From an uncultured delta proteobacterium (lineage in GTDB: Bacteria; Desulfobacterota; Binatia; Binatales; Binataceae), in contig CAVXXK010000001.1 in assembly GCA_963765675.1 (NCBI GenBank), forward strand, positions 2,376,613 to 2,440,612: 64,000 nt of DNA, in the 5' to 3' direction. The notes beneath the pieces are model-generated. The model was not told the origin of the DNA, ran no database searches, and saw only the letters and a program-made list of their open reading frames with translations. Both the position numbers and the translations under genes were made by a program. Below, piece after piece: positions 28,629 to 38,561 of the stretch. Every line of letters starts with the position of its first letter. Position 1 is the first letter of the stretch.

Positions 28629-30035
28629 ATGTCCGATTACACCATGACAATCGACGGCAAGTCGGTTAAGGGATCGAAGTCCGTCGGCGTGATCAATCCC
28701 GCCACTGGAAAAGTCTTCGCCCAGGTTCCCGATTGCACCAAGGCCGAGCTCGATCAGGCGATGGACGCGGCGCAACGCGCCTACCGCACCTGGAGCAAGG
28801 ATATAGATGCGCGGCGCAAGCTGCTGGGCGAGGTGGCGGCCGCGCTGCAGTCTCCGCCCGAGGGGCTCGCGCGCACGCTCACGCAGGAGCAGGGCAAGCC
28901 TCTTGCGAAGGCGCAGGGAGAAATCGCCGGCGCCTCGATCTGGGCGTCGTACACGGCGAGCCTGCAGATTCCTAACGAAGTGATCCAGGACAACGCGGCC
29001 GGCAAGATCGAGATTCGGCGCAAGCCGGTCGGAGTGGTCGCGGCGATCACGCCGTGGAATTATCCGCTGATGCTGGCGATGTGGAAGATCGCGCCTGCGC
29101 TGCTGGCGGGCAATACGATCGTGCTCAAGCCCTCGCCCTACACGCCGATCACCTCATTGATGCTGGGCGAGATCCTGCGCGACGTGCTTCCTCCGGGAGT
29201 GCTCAACGTGGTGTCGGGCGGCGATGAACTGGGTTCGATGATGACCAGCCATCCGGTGCCGCGCAAACTTTCGTTCACCGGATCGGTCGAGACTGGCAAG
29301 AAGGTGGCAGCCGCCGCCGCTCCCGACCTCAAGCGGTTCACGCTGGAACTTGGCGGCAACGACGCCGCGATCGTGCTCGCGGATGCTGATCTGACGGAAG
29401 TCGCGCCTAAGATTTTCTGGGGCGCGTTCGAGAACAGCGGACAGATTTGCAGCGCGATCAAGCGAGTGTACGTGCCGGAGGCGATGTACTCCTCGATGAT
29501 CGAGAAGCTCGGCGATCTGGCCAAGAACGTCAAGGTTGGCAACGGCCTCGACGCCGGCACCGAACTCGGCCCGATCAACAACAAGCCGCAGTTCGAGCGC
29601 GTCACCGAGCTGGTCGAAGACGCAAAGAAGCATGGCGCGAAGATCGTCACGGGCGGCTCGCGGCACGGCAAGGAAGGGTATTTCTACGAGCCGACGATCG
29701 TCGGTGGAATCTCGGACGGCGTGCGCCTGGTCGACGAGGAGCAGTTCGGACCCGCGCTGCCGGTCATTCCTTACAAGGACGTGGACGACGCGGTGCGCCG
29801 TGCGAACTCGACGACGTACGGATTGTCGGGTTCGGTGTGGTCAAGCAATGCGGAACATGGCGCCGAAGTTGCCGGGCAGCTCGAATGCGGATCCGCGTGG
29901 GTGAACCAGCATCTGGCTATTGCCCCGAACCTCCCGTTTGGCGGAGCGAAGTGGTCGGGAATCGGCGTGGAGAATGGGACCTGGGGACTTCTCGGCTTCA
30001 CTGAGATTCAAGTGGTGAACGTCGCGCGAAGCTGA
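28629..30035 (+). CDS. NAD(P)-dependent aldehyde dehydrogenase (phenylacetaldehyde dehydrogenase-like)
   Basis: ITPWNYP, KPSPYTP, FTGS, LELGGND, GQICSA, EEQFGP, PFGGAKWSGIG. Confidence 0.95.
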   Translation: MSDYTMTIDGKSVKGSKSVGVINPATGKVFAQVPDCTKAELDQAMDAAQRAYRTWSKDIDARRKLLGEVAAALQSPPEGLARTLTQEQGKPLAKAQGEIAGASIWASYTASLQIPNEVIQDNAAGKIEIRRKPVGVVAAITPWNYPLMLAMWKIAPALLAGNTIVLKPSPYTPITSLMLGEILRDVLPPGVLNVVSGGDELGSMMTSHPVPRKLSFTGSVETGKKVAAAAAPDLKRFTLELGGNDAAIVLADADLTEVAPKIFWGAFENSGQICSAIKRVYVPEAMYSSMIEKLGDLAKNVKVGNGLDAGTELGPINNKPQFERVTELVEDAKKHGAKIVTGGSRHGKEGYFYEPTIVGGISDGVRLVDEEQFGPALPVIPYKDVDDAVRRANSTTYGLSGSVWSSNAEHGAEVAGQLECGSAWVNQHLAIAPNLPFGGAKWSGIGVENGTWGLLGFTEIQVVNVARS

Positions 30036-30064
30036 GTCTCGCGCGCGGCTTTCGGCATCAACTC

Positions 30065-30100
30065 AACTGGCGCGGCCCCTCAGGGCCGCGCCAGTTTTTC
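30065..30100. terminator. Rho-independent terminator between convergent genes
   Basis: aactggcgcggccc-ctca-gggccgcgccagtt followed by ttt. Confidence 0.85.
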
Positions 30101-30115
30101 ATTCATGTGCTTTGT

Positions 30116-32137
30116 TCAGATCAGATCGCGCGGGATGTTATTTTCCCACGTCTGTTCGAAGATGACCTTGCCGCCCCGACTCGCACTAATCGATTCCGTC
30201 AGATGAAAATGCGAGGCGGTCGATGTCAGTTCAAATGACGCGATGACCGCGGCTTCCCAACCGTCGCGCTTATAGCTAGTGGCGTAGCTGCCGTGCCATC
30301 GCGAGCTGTCCGGCTGGCCGGCTTTGATCTCGCGGAACCAGTCGATTCGGTTGAAGACTTCGGTACCGGTGTCTTTGACTACTCGTCGGTTCTCGGACTG
30401 TCGGCGAATTACTATTCGGCCTTCCTGATCAGGTCCGGAAATACTAATTGCCGGGCGCAGCGCTTTCGCCGAGAGATGGGAGTCGCGAATCAGGGGAATC
30501 GGCATCGAGGGTTCGACATGCGGAGTTGTTCGGCGCGGGAGCGTAAGCGTTGATTGCCCAGTCGCGATGGTCAGTGTGACCGGCTCGGGCGAGGGCCACA
30601 CGAGCGGCCACAGACTTTCCGAAATCGCGACGCGAATCCGATTGCCCTTGGAGAATCGATGCGCGGCGAAGTTGAGCTTCACCTTGACGTCGTAGAAATG
30701 TCCCGGAGACAACGGGTCCGGATCCTCGTGGCCGTCGCGATGAGTCAGGTTGAGCAGTCCATAACATACGAGCCACGATTTGCCGGCAGTATCGACCTCG
30801 GTCAGCCTGACTGCGACCTGAGCGACGGGCGAGTCTGAGCTGATGCACAGATCCGCGCACGGATTGCCCAGCATTTCGAGATCGTGCGTGAGCGGTTGAG
30901 AGTCGAGACTGAATGAGTTTGCGTCATCTGGACCTTGTTCTAACGGAAGGTCTTCGCTCATTGAACCGGGCAGCCATTCGCGCGCGCAGAGTCCAACCAG
31001 CGTATTCGCGGGATAGCCGACATTCTCGCGCTGGCTCGGGTTAGGAGAGAGCCCATCATAATTGAGCGATAATTCAAGGTGCGAGATGTCCGAGGACGGC
31101 CATCTCTGTTCACCAATCCAGCGACCCGGAGTATCTTCCGGAAACGAGTGGGCCGCTGTTTTCTCGGGCATGAAGACTCGGAGCATCGGCTCATGCATGA
31201 TTCCGGTTTCGTTTCCATTCAGCCACTGGTCCCACCAGCGTACTTCCTCGAATACCCAGTCCAGTCCAGGGCCGGGTACGCCAAATTGCGGATAGGTATG
31301 TGCCCAAGGACCAACTAACGCCCGGCGTGGAACCCTCAAATGCTCGAGCAGGCGAGGAATGGCATTGTTGTAAGTATCTACTAGCCCGCCGACTAGATAG
31401 ACAGGACATTTGATACGGCTATAGTCAATACTTGCTGAGCCGTGTTGCCAAAACTCGTCTGCGTGCTGATGCATTAGCCAGTTGGCGAGCACCGGGTGCG
31501 CCGAGTGAAGCCGTTGCAGCCACATCTCGTTCCATCGATCGCCGACGATCGCCGGATCGGGCGGTCCGATCATCACGTTCTGAAACGCGTTGCCCCAACT
31601 GAAATTGCAGAATCCCAATGCACCGCCGATATAGTGAGCGTCGTCGGTGAAACGATTGTCGGAGCAGCAGAACGCAATCGCGGCTTTCAGTGCCGGAGGT
31701 GCGATCGCCGCGGTTTGCAGCGTACTGAAGCCGCCCCACGAGATGCCTCGCATTCCTACGGAGCCATTCGACCACGGCTGACGCGCCAGCCATGCGATCA
31801 CCTGGGCGGCGTCGGTCTGTTCCTGCGGCAAATATTCGTCGAGCAGAACGCCCTCGGAATCGCCTGATCCCCGAATATCCACACGCACATAAGCAAAGCC
31901 GTACTGCGCGAATTGGGTACCCCATGCGTCGTCGAGGGCTCGGGTCAGGTCACGCTTTCGATAGGGAATGTACTCGAGCACGACGGGAACCGGAGCGCGT
32001 CGCGCGTCCTCCGGCATCCAGAGCCGCGCGGCCAGACGAATCCCGTCCTCGAGCGGAATCCATTCGTTCTCAGTAACCGCGACGGGCCGGGTTGGAGGAA
32101 GAGTCAAAATGCCCAGATCCCGATCATCAACCGACAT
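30116..32137 (-). CDS. CocE/NonD family hydrolase (peptidase S15)
   Basis: DGIRLAARLW, YIPYRKRD, VDIRGSGDSEG, GISWGG, GPWAHTYP, SLWPLVWPSP. Confidence 0.92.
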   Translation of the reverse strand: MSVDDRDLGILTLPPTRPVAVTENEWIPLEDGIRLAARLWMPEDARRAPVPVVLEYIPYRKRDLTRALDDAWGTQFAQYGFAYVRVDIRGSGDSEGVLLDEYLPQEQTDAAQVIAWLARQPWSNGSVGMRGISWGGFSTLQTAAIAPPALKAAIAFCCSDNRFTDDAHYIGGALGFCNFSWGNAFQNVMIGPPDPAIVGDRWNEMWLQRLHSAHPVLANWLMHQHADEFWQHGSASIDYSRIKCPVYLVGGLVDTYNNAIPRLLEHLRVPRRALVGPWAHTYPQFGVPGPGLDWVFEEVRWWDQWLNGNETGIMHEPMLRVFMPEKTAAHSFPEDTPGRWIGEQRWPSSDISHLELSLNYDGLSPNPSQRENVGYPANTLVGLCAREWLPGSMSEDLPLEQGPDDANSFSLDSQPLTHDLEMLGNPCADLCISSDSPVAQVAVRLTEVDTAGKSWLVCYGLLNLTHRDGHEDPDPLSPGHFYDVKVKLNFAAHRFSKGNRIRVAISESLWPLVWPSPEPVTLTIATGQSTLTLPRRTTPHVEPSMPIPLIRDSHLSAKALRPAISISGPDQEGRIVIRRQSENRRVVKDTGTEVFNRIDWFREIKAGQPDSSRWHGSYATSYKRDGWEAAVIASFELTSTASHFHLTESISASRGGKVIFEQTWENNIPRDLI

Positions 32138-32317
32138 CAGAGTTGCCTCACGTTCCCACTCCTTCGGCACTATCGCCGAATCGATGCGGGAGCTTGCGGG
32201 AGCAGAGTATAGCATCGCGCCGCGATTGGGTACGGGCATCGCCGTTTCACCGTTTCGGGCGGCGGATGCTTTTGCAATAATGAGCGATGCGACTGCGTCA
32301 GGCAGCGGAGGTGCGTT

Positions 32318-33208
32318 GTGATTGAGACAAGTGCATTCGGCAAGACCGGTCATCAGAGCACGCGAGTCATCTTCGGCGCTGCCGCGCTGGGCGCGATGAA
32401 TCAGGCCAAGGCGGACGCGGTGCTCGAGACACTGCTCGAGTACGGCATCAACCATATCGACACCGCCGCATCGTACGGCGAATCGGAGCTGCGAATCGGT
32501 CCCTGGATGCGCGAGCATCGCAAACGCTTCTTCCTCGCCACCAAGACTGGCGATCGAACCTACAGCGGCGCGCGCGACAGTGTGCATCGCTCGCTCGAAC
32601 GATTGCGCGTTGACCATGTCGATCTGATCCAGATGCACAATCTCGTCGATGAGAAAGAATGGGAGACCGCGTTCGGACCCGCAGGCGCGCTCGAAGCGCT
32701 GGTCGAGGCGCGAGCGCAGGGGCTCGTGCGCTTCATCGGCGTTACCGGACACGGAACGCGAGTCGCCGCGATGCATCTGAAGAGCCTCGGGCGCTTCGCG
32801 TTCGACTCGGTGCTGTTTCCGTACAACTTTACGATGCTGAATATCGCGCAATATGCCGCCGATGCCGAAGCCTTGATCAAGCTCTGCAACGAGCGCGGTG
32901 TCGCGACGCAGACGATCAAATCAGCCGCGCGACGGCGCTGGCAAGATGCCTCGAAAGCTCAGCAGGAGCCCAAGTACAGTTGGTACCAGCCGCTTCGAGA
33001 TCGCGACGCGATCCGGCGCGCGGTATCTTTCGTGCTGAGCCGCCCCGGCCTGTTTCTCAATAGCTCGAGCGACGCGACGATACTGAAACCGATTCTCGAT
33101 GCGGCGAGCGCACCCGCCGTGCGGCCCGATCGCGCCGCGATGGAAGCCGACGTCAAAGACTACGCGATGGAGCCGCTGTTCATCCCCGGCGTGTCGGACA
33201 CGATCTAG
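32318..33208 (+). CDS. Aldo/keto reductase
   Basis: GINHIDTAASYG, FLATKT, SLERLRVDHVDLIQMH, GLVRFIGVTGH. Confidence 0.92.
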   Translation: MIETSAFGKTGHQSTRVIFGAAALGAMNQAKADAVLETLLEYGINHIDTAASYGESELRIGPWMREHRKRFFLATKTGDRTYSGARDSVHRSLERLRVDHVDLIQMHNLVDEKEWETAFGPAGALEALVEARAQGLVRFIGVTGHGTRVAAMHLKSLGRFAFDSVLFPYNFTMLNIAQYAADAEALIKLCNERGVATQTIKSAARRRWQDASKAQQEPKYSWYQPLRDRDAIRRAVSFVLSRPGLFLNSSSDATILKPILDAASAPAVRPDRAAMEADVKDYAMEPLFIPGVSDTI

Positions 33209-33238
33209 CGCGAGCCGGGGTTCCTTGCGGGCGATTTC

Positions 33239-33779
33239 GTGAAGAGCTGCCGTATTCACATCACGGGAGCTTCAGGAGCCGGTGTGACGAGCCTCGGCCG
33301 TGCGCTCGCGGATGCACTGGCGATTCCGCATCACGACGCGGACGATTATTTGTGGCGGCCGACAACGCCGCCGTATAGCCAGATGCGGGAGCCAGCCGAT
33401 CGTCTCCGGCTGATGCGCGAGATGTTCCTGGAGCGCGCGGATTGGGTGCTGAGCGGCTCGCTCGCCGGCTGGGGCGATCCCATCATCCCGCTCTTTGATT
33501 TGGTGATTTTTCTGTACGCTCCGACCGCGGTGCCGCTTGCGGCGTTTGCGTGCTCGGGAAGCGAGGCACTTCGGCGCCGATGCCGTCGCTGTCGGCGGCT
33601 GGCATCACCAGGCAACAGAAGAATTCATTGAGTGGGCATCTCACTACGACGACGGCGGTGCAAGCCGCAATTCAGCACTGCATAAGGCCTGGCTTGCCGC
33701 ACTCCCGTGCCGTGTCCTGCGTATGGATGGAACACGCCCACTGTCCAATCTCGTGAAGGAAGTTCGCGCGACGATTTAG
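33239..33779 (+). CDS. P-loop adenylate-kinase-like protein, frameshifted near 33535
   Basis: RIHITGASGAGVTSLG, DDYLW, WVLSGSLAGWG; continues in another frame as RLRAREARHFG...FIEWASHYD...LPCRVLRMDG. Confidence 0.8.
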
Positions 33780-33920
33780 AAGGGCGGACACGCCGTCCGC
33801 GTTTCCTCTGGATGACCCCGAGTGGACGGGCCCGTCCTGATAGTGTATCACTCCACTGGATTCAAGATCGCGCATCCTCGGGCTTTGATACTCGCGGGCG
33901 CGAGGTAAAGGTGGGCTGGA

Positions 33921-34316
33921 TTGAAAAGACTGCTGCTCGCGCTCGGAATGATTTGCCTGTGCATGGCCTCAGGATGTTTCGAGTGGACTGAGGATTCACA
34001 AGGCAGCCTCAGATCCGTCGGCTTGCCGGGCATGCCAGTCTGGCAATCCAAGACTCCAGAGCCTCCTCTGACTACCAGCTTCGGTCTCACGCCGGATGAG
34101 GCTTCGAAACTGAGTAAAACGGTTCTCGTGATGCCCGCGACGCCGCCCTCGAGGGCGGTGCGTTACCAGTTTTATCCCATAGGCAAAGAACACTGTCAGG
34201 CTGACCTCGAAAAGAAGCTGGCCGAACGGGCGCAGCTCAACGAAACCGGGCCCGCGCCGTACTGCACCGACAATCCCACGGCGCCGACGACCAAGGGTAA
34301 CGCTTTGATTCTCTGA
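33921..34316 (+). CDS. Hypothetical lipoprotein
   Basis: TTG start; signal peptide with lipobox-like ASGC; two further Cys. Confidence 0.65.
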   Translation: MKRLLLALGMICLCMASGCFEWTEDSQGSLRSVGLPGMPVWQSKTPEPPLTTSFGLTPDEASKLSKTVLVMPATPPSRAVRYQFYPIGKEHCQADLEKKLAERAQLNETGPAPYCTDNPTAPTTKGNALIL

Positions 34317-34379
34317 TAAACGCGGAAGCGAGATGGTCAGAACCGTTTCGAAGATTCACCCCAGGGGAGTGGTCCGCGG

Positions 34380-35840
34380 ATGCTGAGAAAAGCGCAGCCC
34401 GCGCGCCTGCTCGCGCTAGAGCATCGCGCCCCAAACCCTCGTTTGGCGCTGCTCGAACGCGGTGAGACGGCGATAGGAAGAGCCGACGGCAGCGCGGTCA
34501 AAATCACGGCCGGAGATGTCGCGCCGCGACAAGCACTCATTAGCTATAAGCGCGGACATTACTATATACGCGATCTCAGTTCACCCAACGGCACTTTTCT
34601 CAATGATCGCCGTGTTCGCCGCCGCCGTGTTCTCTCGCATGATGACCGCTTGCGCTTCGGCGCCGCGACCGCATATCGATTCATCGATCCTGATGCCGTC
34701 CTGCGCCGGCGGCATCGGCGAGTTCTGCAGGCCTCGATAGTACTTCTAGTCATCGTTGCCGGTGGGCTTGCTCATAGCGAGCGATGGGACGGCGATGCGC
34801 TGTCGTCGGCTACCGCGACGAGGCTTTTCGCATCGGCGCGGTCCTACGCGAGCTCGATCGTCGCGGATGTTTCGTCGCCTGCGCAGGGCGTGGCAGCGGC
34901 TGAGCCTTCTCCGGCCGGCACGATGAGTCCGAATCAAGCAACCCCGGCACATGTCTCGTCTGGAAAAACAGCTGATCGAATCGTGACCAAGGCGCGAGCA
35001 GATGCGCCCGATCCGTCGGCATCATCGAGTCCAACGTCGCCGGTTTGGCTCTCGCGGCTCAATCATTTCCGTGCGATTTCTCAGCTTGGAATGTTGCACG
35101 AGGATCCAGCGATAAGTGCCGCCGCTCGGGCGCATTCGCACTATCTCCTCGCCAACTATGCCGACAAGATTAGCGGCGGAGAGCCGCTCGGCGACGCCGG
35201 GCACGAAGAGAGTCCCGGCAAGACCGGATACTCGGTCGCAGGCGCTGCGATCGCGCCGAACGCGCAAATCGCGTGGGGATGCGGCCCTTACGACACCAGC
35301 GGTCAGATCGATCAGTGGATCGCGGGACCGTTCCATCGGCTTCCGATGCTGGATCCGTTTCTGATCCAGGTCGGTTTCGGCGAAGCCGCGGACAATGGAT
35401 GCTGGGTTGCCGCGCTGCGTCTGGCCGCGCCGGACGAGCATCCGGCGCCGTATGCCAGGGCGATTGAATTTCCGCCCGACGGTGTACCCGTCCCGATCAA
35501 CTGGTCGGGGGTTGAGTTTCCGAATCCAATCACGAGTTGCCCCGGCTACGAAATGCCAGTTGGTCTCCCGATAACGCTTCAACTCGGACGGCTCTACGAT
35601 GCGCAGTTGACGGCGCATTCTCTGACCGTGGACGGCGCCGTGATAGAGAGTTGCGCGTTCGATGCGCGCGCGTACCAGAACCCCGACGCCGCCGCGCAGG
35701 AATATGGCCGATGGGCGCTGCGCAGCTCGGGCGCGGTGGTGGTGATACCGCGCGCGCCGCTCGATCCGGGCAAGCGCTATTCGGTTTCAATCACCGCGCA
35801 TGGACAGACCTACGCGTGGACGGTTCGCGTGGGAAACTGA
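34380..35840 (+). CDS. FHA domain - TM - CAP (SCP) domain protein
   Basis: FHA (AIGRA...IRDLSSPNGTFLN...LRFG), TM helix, CAP (LNHFR...AARAHSHY...WIAGPFHRLPML...VGFG). Confidence 0.82.
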   Translation: MLRKAQPARLLALEHRAPNPRLALLERGETAIGRADGSAVKITAGDVAPRQALISYKRGHYYIRDLSSPNGTFLNDRRVRRRRVLSHDDRLRFGAATAYRFIDPDAVLRRRHRRVLQASIVLLVIVAGGLAHSERWDGDALSSATATRLFASARSYASSIVADVSSPAQGVAAAEPSPAGTMSPNQATPAHVSSGKTADRIVTKARADAPDPSASSSPTSPVWLSRLNHFRAISQLGMLHEDPAISAAARAHSHYLLANYADKISGGEPLGDAGHEESPGKTGYSVAGAAIAPNAQIAWGCGPYDTSGQIDQWIAGPFHRLPMLDPFLIQVGFGEAADNGCWVAALRLAAPDEHPAPYARAIEFPPDGVPVPINWSGVEFPNPITSCPGYEMPVGLPITLQLGRLYDAQLTAHSLTVDGAVIESCAFDARAYQNPDAAAQEYGRWALRSSGAVVVIPRAPLDPGKRYSVSITAHGQTYAWTVRVGN

Positions 35841-35849
35841 CGCGCGGGC

Positions 35850-36302
35850 CTATTTCACCCATCCCTTATCGTACGGCGCAGCCAGCGTGCCGATTGCGCG
35901 CAGATGCTTGATCTTCCACTGCCCGTTGACTTTAACGTAGTCGTCCTCGTAGCGCGCTCCGAGCCACATCGCGCGGTTGCCCTTGCGCATCGTGAACGGC
36001 CCAAGGAAATACCAGCGGCCGGTCGCGCGATCGCCGTCAACTTCGATGATCGGATTCATCACGTTGTGCTGCGAGAAACTGATTCGTTCGCGAAAGCCCT
36101 CGAACAGCTTGCGAATCGCGGCATGCCCCTGGTTGACGCCGACGCCCGCGCCTTCCCAGATTCCATCCTCAGTGAATAAGGTGATGATCTGGTCGGGATT
36201 GTGATCGTTATCGCATACCGCGCAGTAACGCGCTTTGAGTTTCTTGATCGCCTCGATATCTTCGAGCGTCGTGATCCGCTTGGCGAGCTCTTCAATATCC
36301 AT
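35850..36302 (-). CDS. SnoaL/NTF2-like protein (BaiE/LinA-like)
   Basis: LEDIEAIKKLKARYC, LFTEDGIWE, HNVMNPIIEVDGDRATGRWY, YEDDYVKVNGQWKI. Confidence 0.9.
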   Translation of the reverse strand: MDIEELAKRITTLEDIEAIKKLKARYCAVCDNDHNPDQIITLFTEDGIWEGAGVGVNQGHAAIRKLFEGFRERISFSQHNVMNPIIEVDGDRATGRWYFLGPFTMRKGNRAMWLGARYEDDYVKVNGQWKIKHLRAIGTLAAPYDKGWVK

Positions 36303-36383
36303 TTCGACCCAACCTCCCGGCGAGATGTCTCCAAGCATTAGATTGCGCAACCGCCGTGCGTCAACCGCGAGAATGAAACGCGG

Positions 36384-37572
36384 ATGACGGCGCGCGCGCG
36401 AACTTTCGACGCGATCATCATCGGCGCAGGCGCAGCCGGGATGATGTGCGCGATTACGGCCGGCCAGCGCGGCAAGAAAGTTCTGCTGCTCGACCGCGCC
36501 GAGCGGGTGGGCGCGAAAATTTTGATCTCCGGCGGCGGACGCTGCAATTTCACCAATCTGGATATCACACCAGAGCGGTTCCTGTCCGGTAATCCGCATT
36601 TCTGCAAATCGGCGCTCAGCCGCTACACCCAACACGATTTTATCGCGATGGTTGAGCAGCATCGGATCGCCTATCACGAAAAGACGCTCGGCCAACTATT
36701 CTGCGACGGATCCGCGCGAGAGATCGTCGCGATGCTGCTGGCGGAGTGCGCGGCTGTCGGCGTCGAGATCCGCACGGGATGCCGCGTTACGGAAGTTGCG
36801 CGGAGCAGCCAATTCAACCTCGCAACTGGCCTGGGTGTATTCGCGGCGCCGGTCCTTGTGCTCGCTTGCGGAGGTCTGTCGATCCCGAAAATGGGCGCGA
36901 CCGGCCTTGCCTACGATATCGCGCGCCGCTTCGGCCTCGCGATCGTCAAACCGCGCCCGGGTCTCGTGCCGGTGCGGATGGAGGGCGAGGCGCTCAAGCA
37001 GAGTCGCGCGCTCGCAGGAGTATCGGTTGATGCGATGGTCTCGTGCCGAGGCGCCGCGATTTCGCGAGAATATCCTGTTCACTCATCGCGGCCTCTCCGG
37101 TCCCGCGATCCTGCAGATCTCGTCCTACTGGCATCCGGGTGATTCACTCGAAATTGATTTGATGCCCGAGCATGACGCCGAGCGCCTCCTGCTCGACCGC
37201 AAGCGAACGCGGCCGAGAGCGGAGCTCAAGACGATCCTTGCAGAAGTCCTGCCGAACCGTCTGGCTGAGACGATCGCGGAGGCCGGTTCGCATGCAGGAG
37301 CAATCGCGAATCTTCCGGACCGCCGAATCATCGAAATAGCCGAGCGACTCAAGCGATGGCGGGTGCGGCCGAGCGAGACCGAAGGATGGGAAAAAGCCGA
37401 GGTCACGGTCGGCGGCATCGACACCGCTGGATTGTCGTCCAGAACGATGGAGGCGCGCGAGGTGCCGGGTCTCTACTGTATCGGCGAGGCGGTCGATGTC
37501 ACCGGATGGCTCGGCGGATACAATTTCCAGTGGGCGTGGTCGAGTGGATGGTGCGCCGGCCAGGCGATATAG
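36384..37572 (+). CDS. HI0933/YhiN family flavoprotein, frameshifted near 37055
   Basis: IIGAGAAG, KILISGGGRCNFTN, GGLSIPKMGATG; then LFTHRGLSGPAILQIS, AEVTVGG, GEAVDVTGWLGGYNFQWAWSSG. Confidence 0.9.
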
Positions 37573-37653
37573 CGCAACTCGATCGCGAGGAGCGACGCGG
37601 ATCGAAGCGTGGCAAGATCAGTACCGGGAATGATAACTATCATGCTCGGAGGA

Positions 37654-38535
37654 ATGGCCGTGAGCGCCAGTTTGACTGTCAGTCGGGATACGATCGAGAA
37701 GTTCCGCCGCGACGGATTCGTCGTCGTTCCAAACCTGCTGTCAGAAGAGGAACTTGAACGATTCGGCGCCGCCGTCGACCGCGCGGTGCGCGGCCGCGGC
37801 AGCAACGATCATAGGACGCTCGCCGAGAAGTCGGCTTACGAACAGTCGTTCACCCAATGCATCAATCTCTGGGAAGACAATCCAGACGTGCTGCCGCTGA
37901 CGTTTCATCGCAAGATATCCGAGGTGGCCGCCACGCTGATTGGCGTTCCTGCTTTGCGCCTGTGGCATGATCAGGCCCTCTACAAGGAATCCGGCGGTCG
38001 CTACACCGAGCCGCATCAGGATCAGCCCTACTGGCCGATGGAGGAGCGCGACACTCTGACCGCATGGATTCCGTTTGACGGCTCGACCCACGAAACCGGA
38101 TGCATGGGTTACGTGCCGGGCTCGCATCTGGTTGGCCTGCGCAAGTTTGTCAACATTTTTTCCGCCGACGAGAACGTGAAGATTCTCGAGGATCCCAAAA
38201 TCGGCGGCGTGCCGCCGGTGTACGTGGAAGTTCCGCGCGGCGCGGTTGCCTTTCATCACGGATTGACGGTCCACATGGCGAAGCCAAACCGGAGCGGCCG
38301 CACGCGCCGAGTGCATACCATGATCTATTTCCGCGACGGCGCGACGCGCAGCAAATCGTATGTTCATCCGAGCGTCGATCGTCCCGGAATTAAAGTCGGC
38401 GAGCCGATCGCGAGCGACTTGACTCCGATCGTATGGCCGCGCGCCGAGGGCGATTGGCCGGTCCCACCGCGGTTTCCACTCACGGAAGTTCTCGCGCGGC
38501 TCAACATTCATGGCGCTCTGCCCGATATCAAATAG
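37654..38535 (+). CDS. PhyH-family Fe(II)/2-oxoglutarate dioxygenase
   Basis: FRRDGFVVV, HQDQPYW (HxD), WIPFD, GCMGYVPGSH, FHHGLTVH, NRSGRTRR. Confidence 0.9.
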   Translation: MAVSASLTVSRDTIEKFRRDGFVVVPNLLSEEELERFGAAVDRAVRGRGSNDHRTLAEKSAYEQSFTQCINLWEDNPDVLPLTFHRKISEVAATLIGVPALRLWHDQALYKESGGRYTEPHQDQPYWPMEERDTLTAWIPFDGSTHETGCMGYVPGSHLVGLRKFVNIFSADENVKILEDPKIGGVPPVYVEVPRGAVAFHHGLTVHMAKPNRSGRTRRVHTMIYFRDGATRSKSYVHPSVDRPGIKVGEPIASDLTPIVWPRAEGDWPVPPRFPLTEVLARLNIHGALPDIK

Positions 38536-38561
38536 CAATCAGACAGGAACTGAATAGCAAT

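Noticed and set aside
32138-32851. 911-aa CocE ORF extending to 32851
   Set aside because: The extension is the antisense frame of the aldo/keto reductase; CocE homology begins near 32137.
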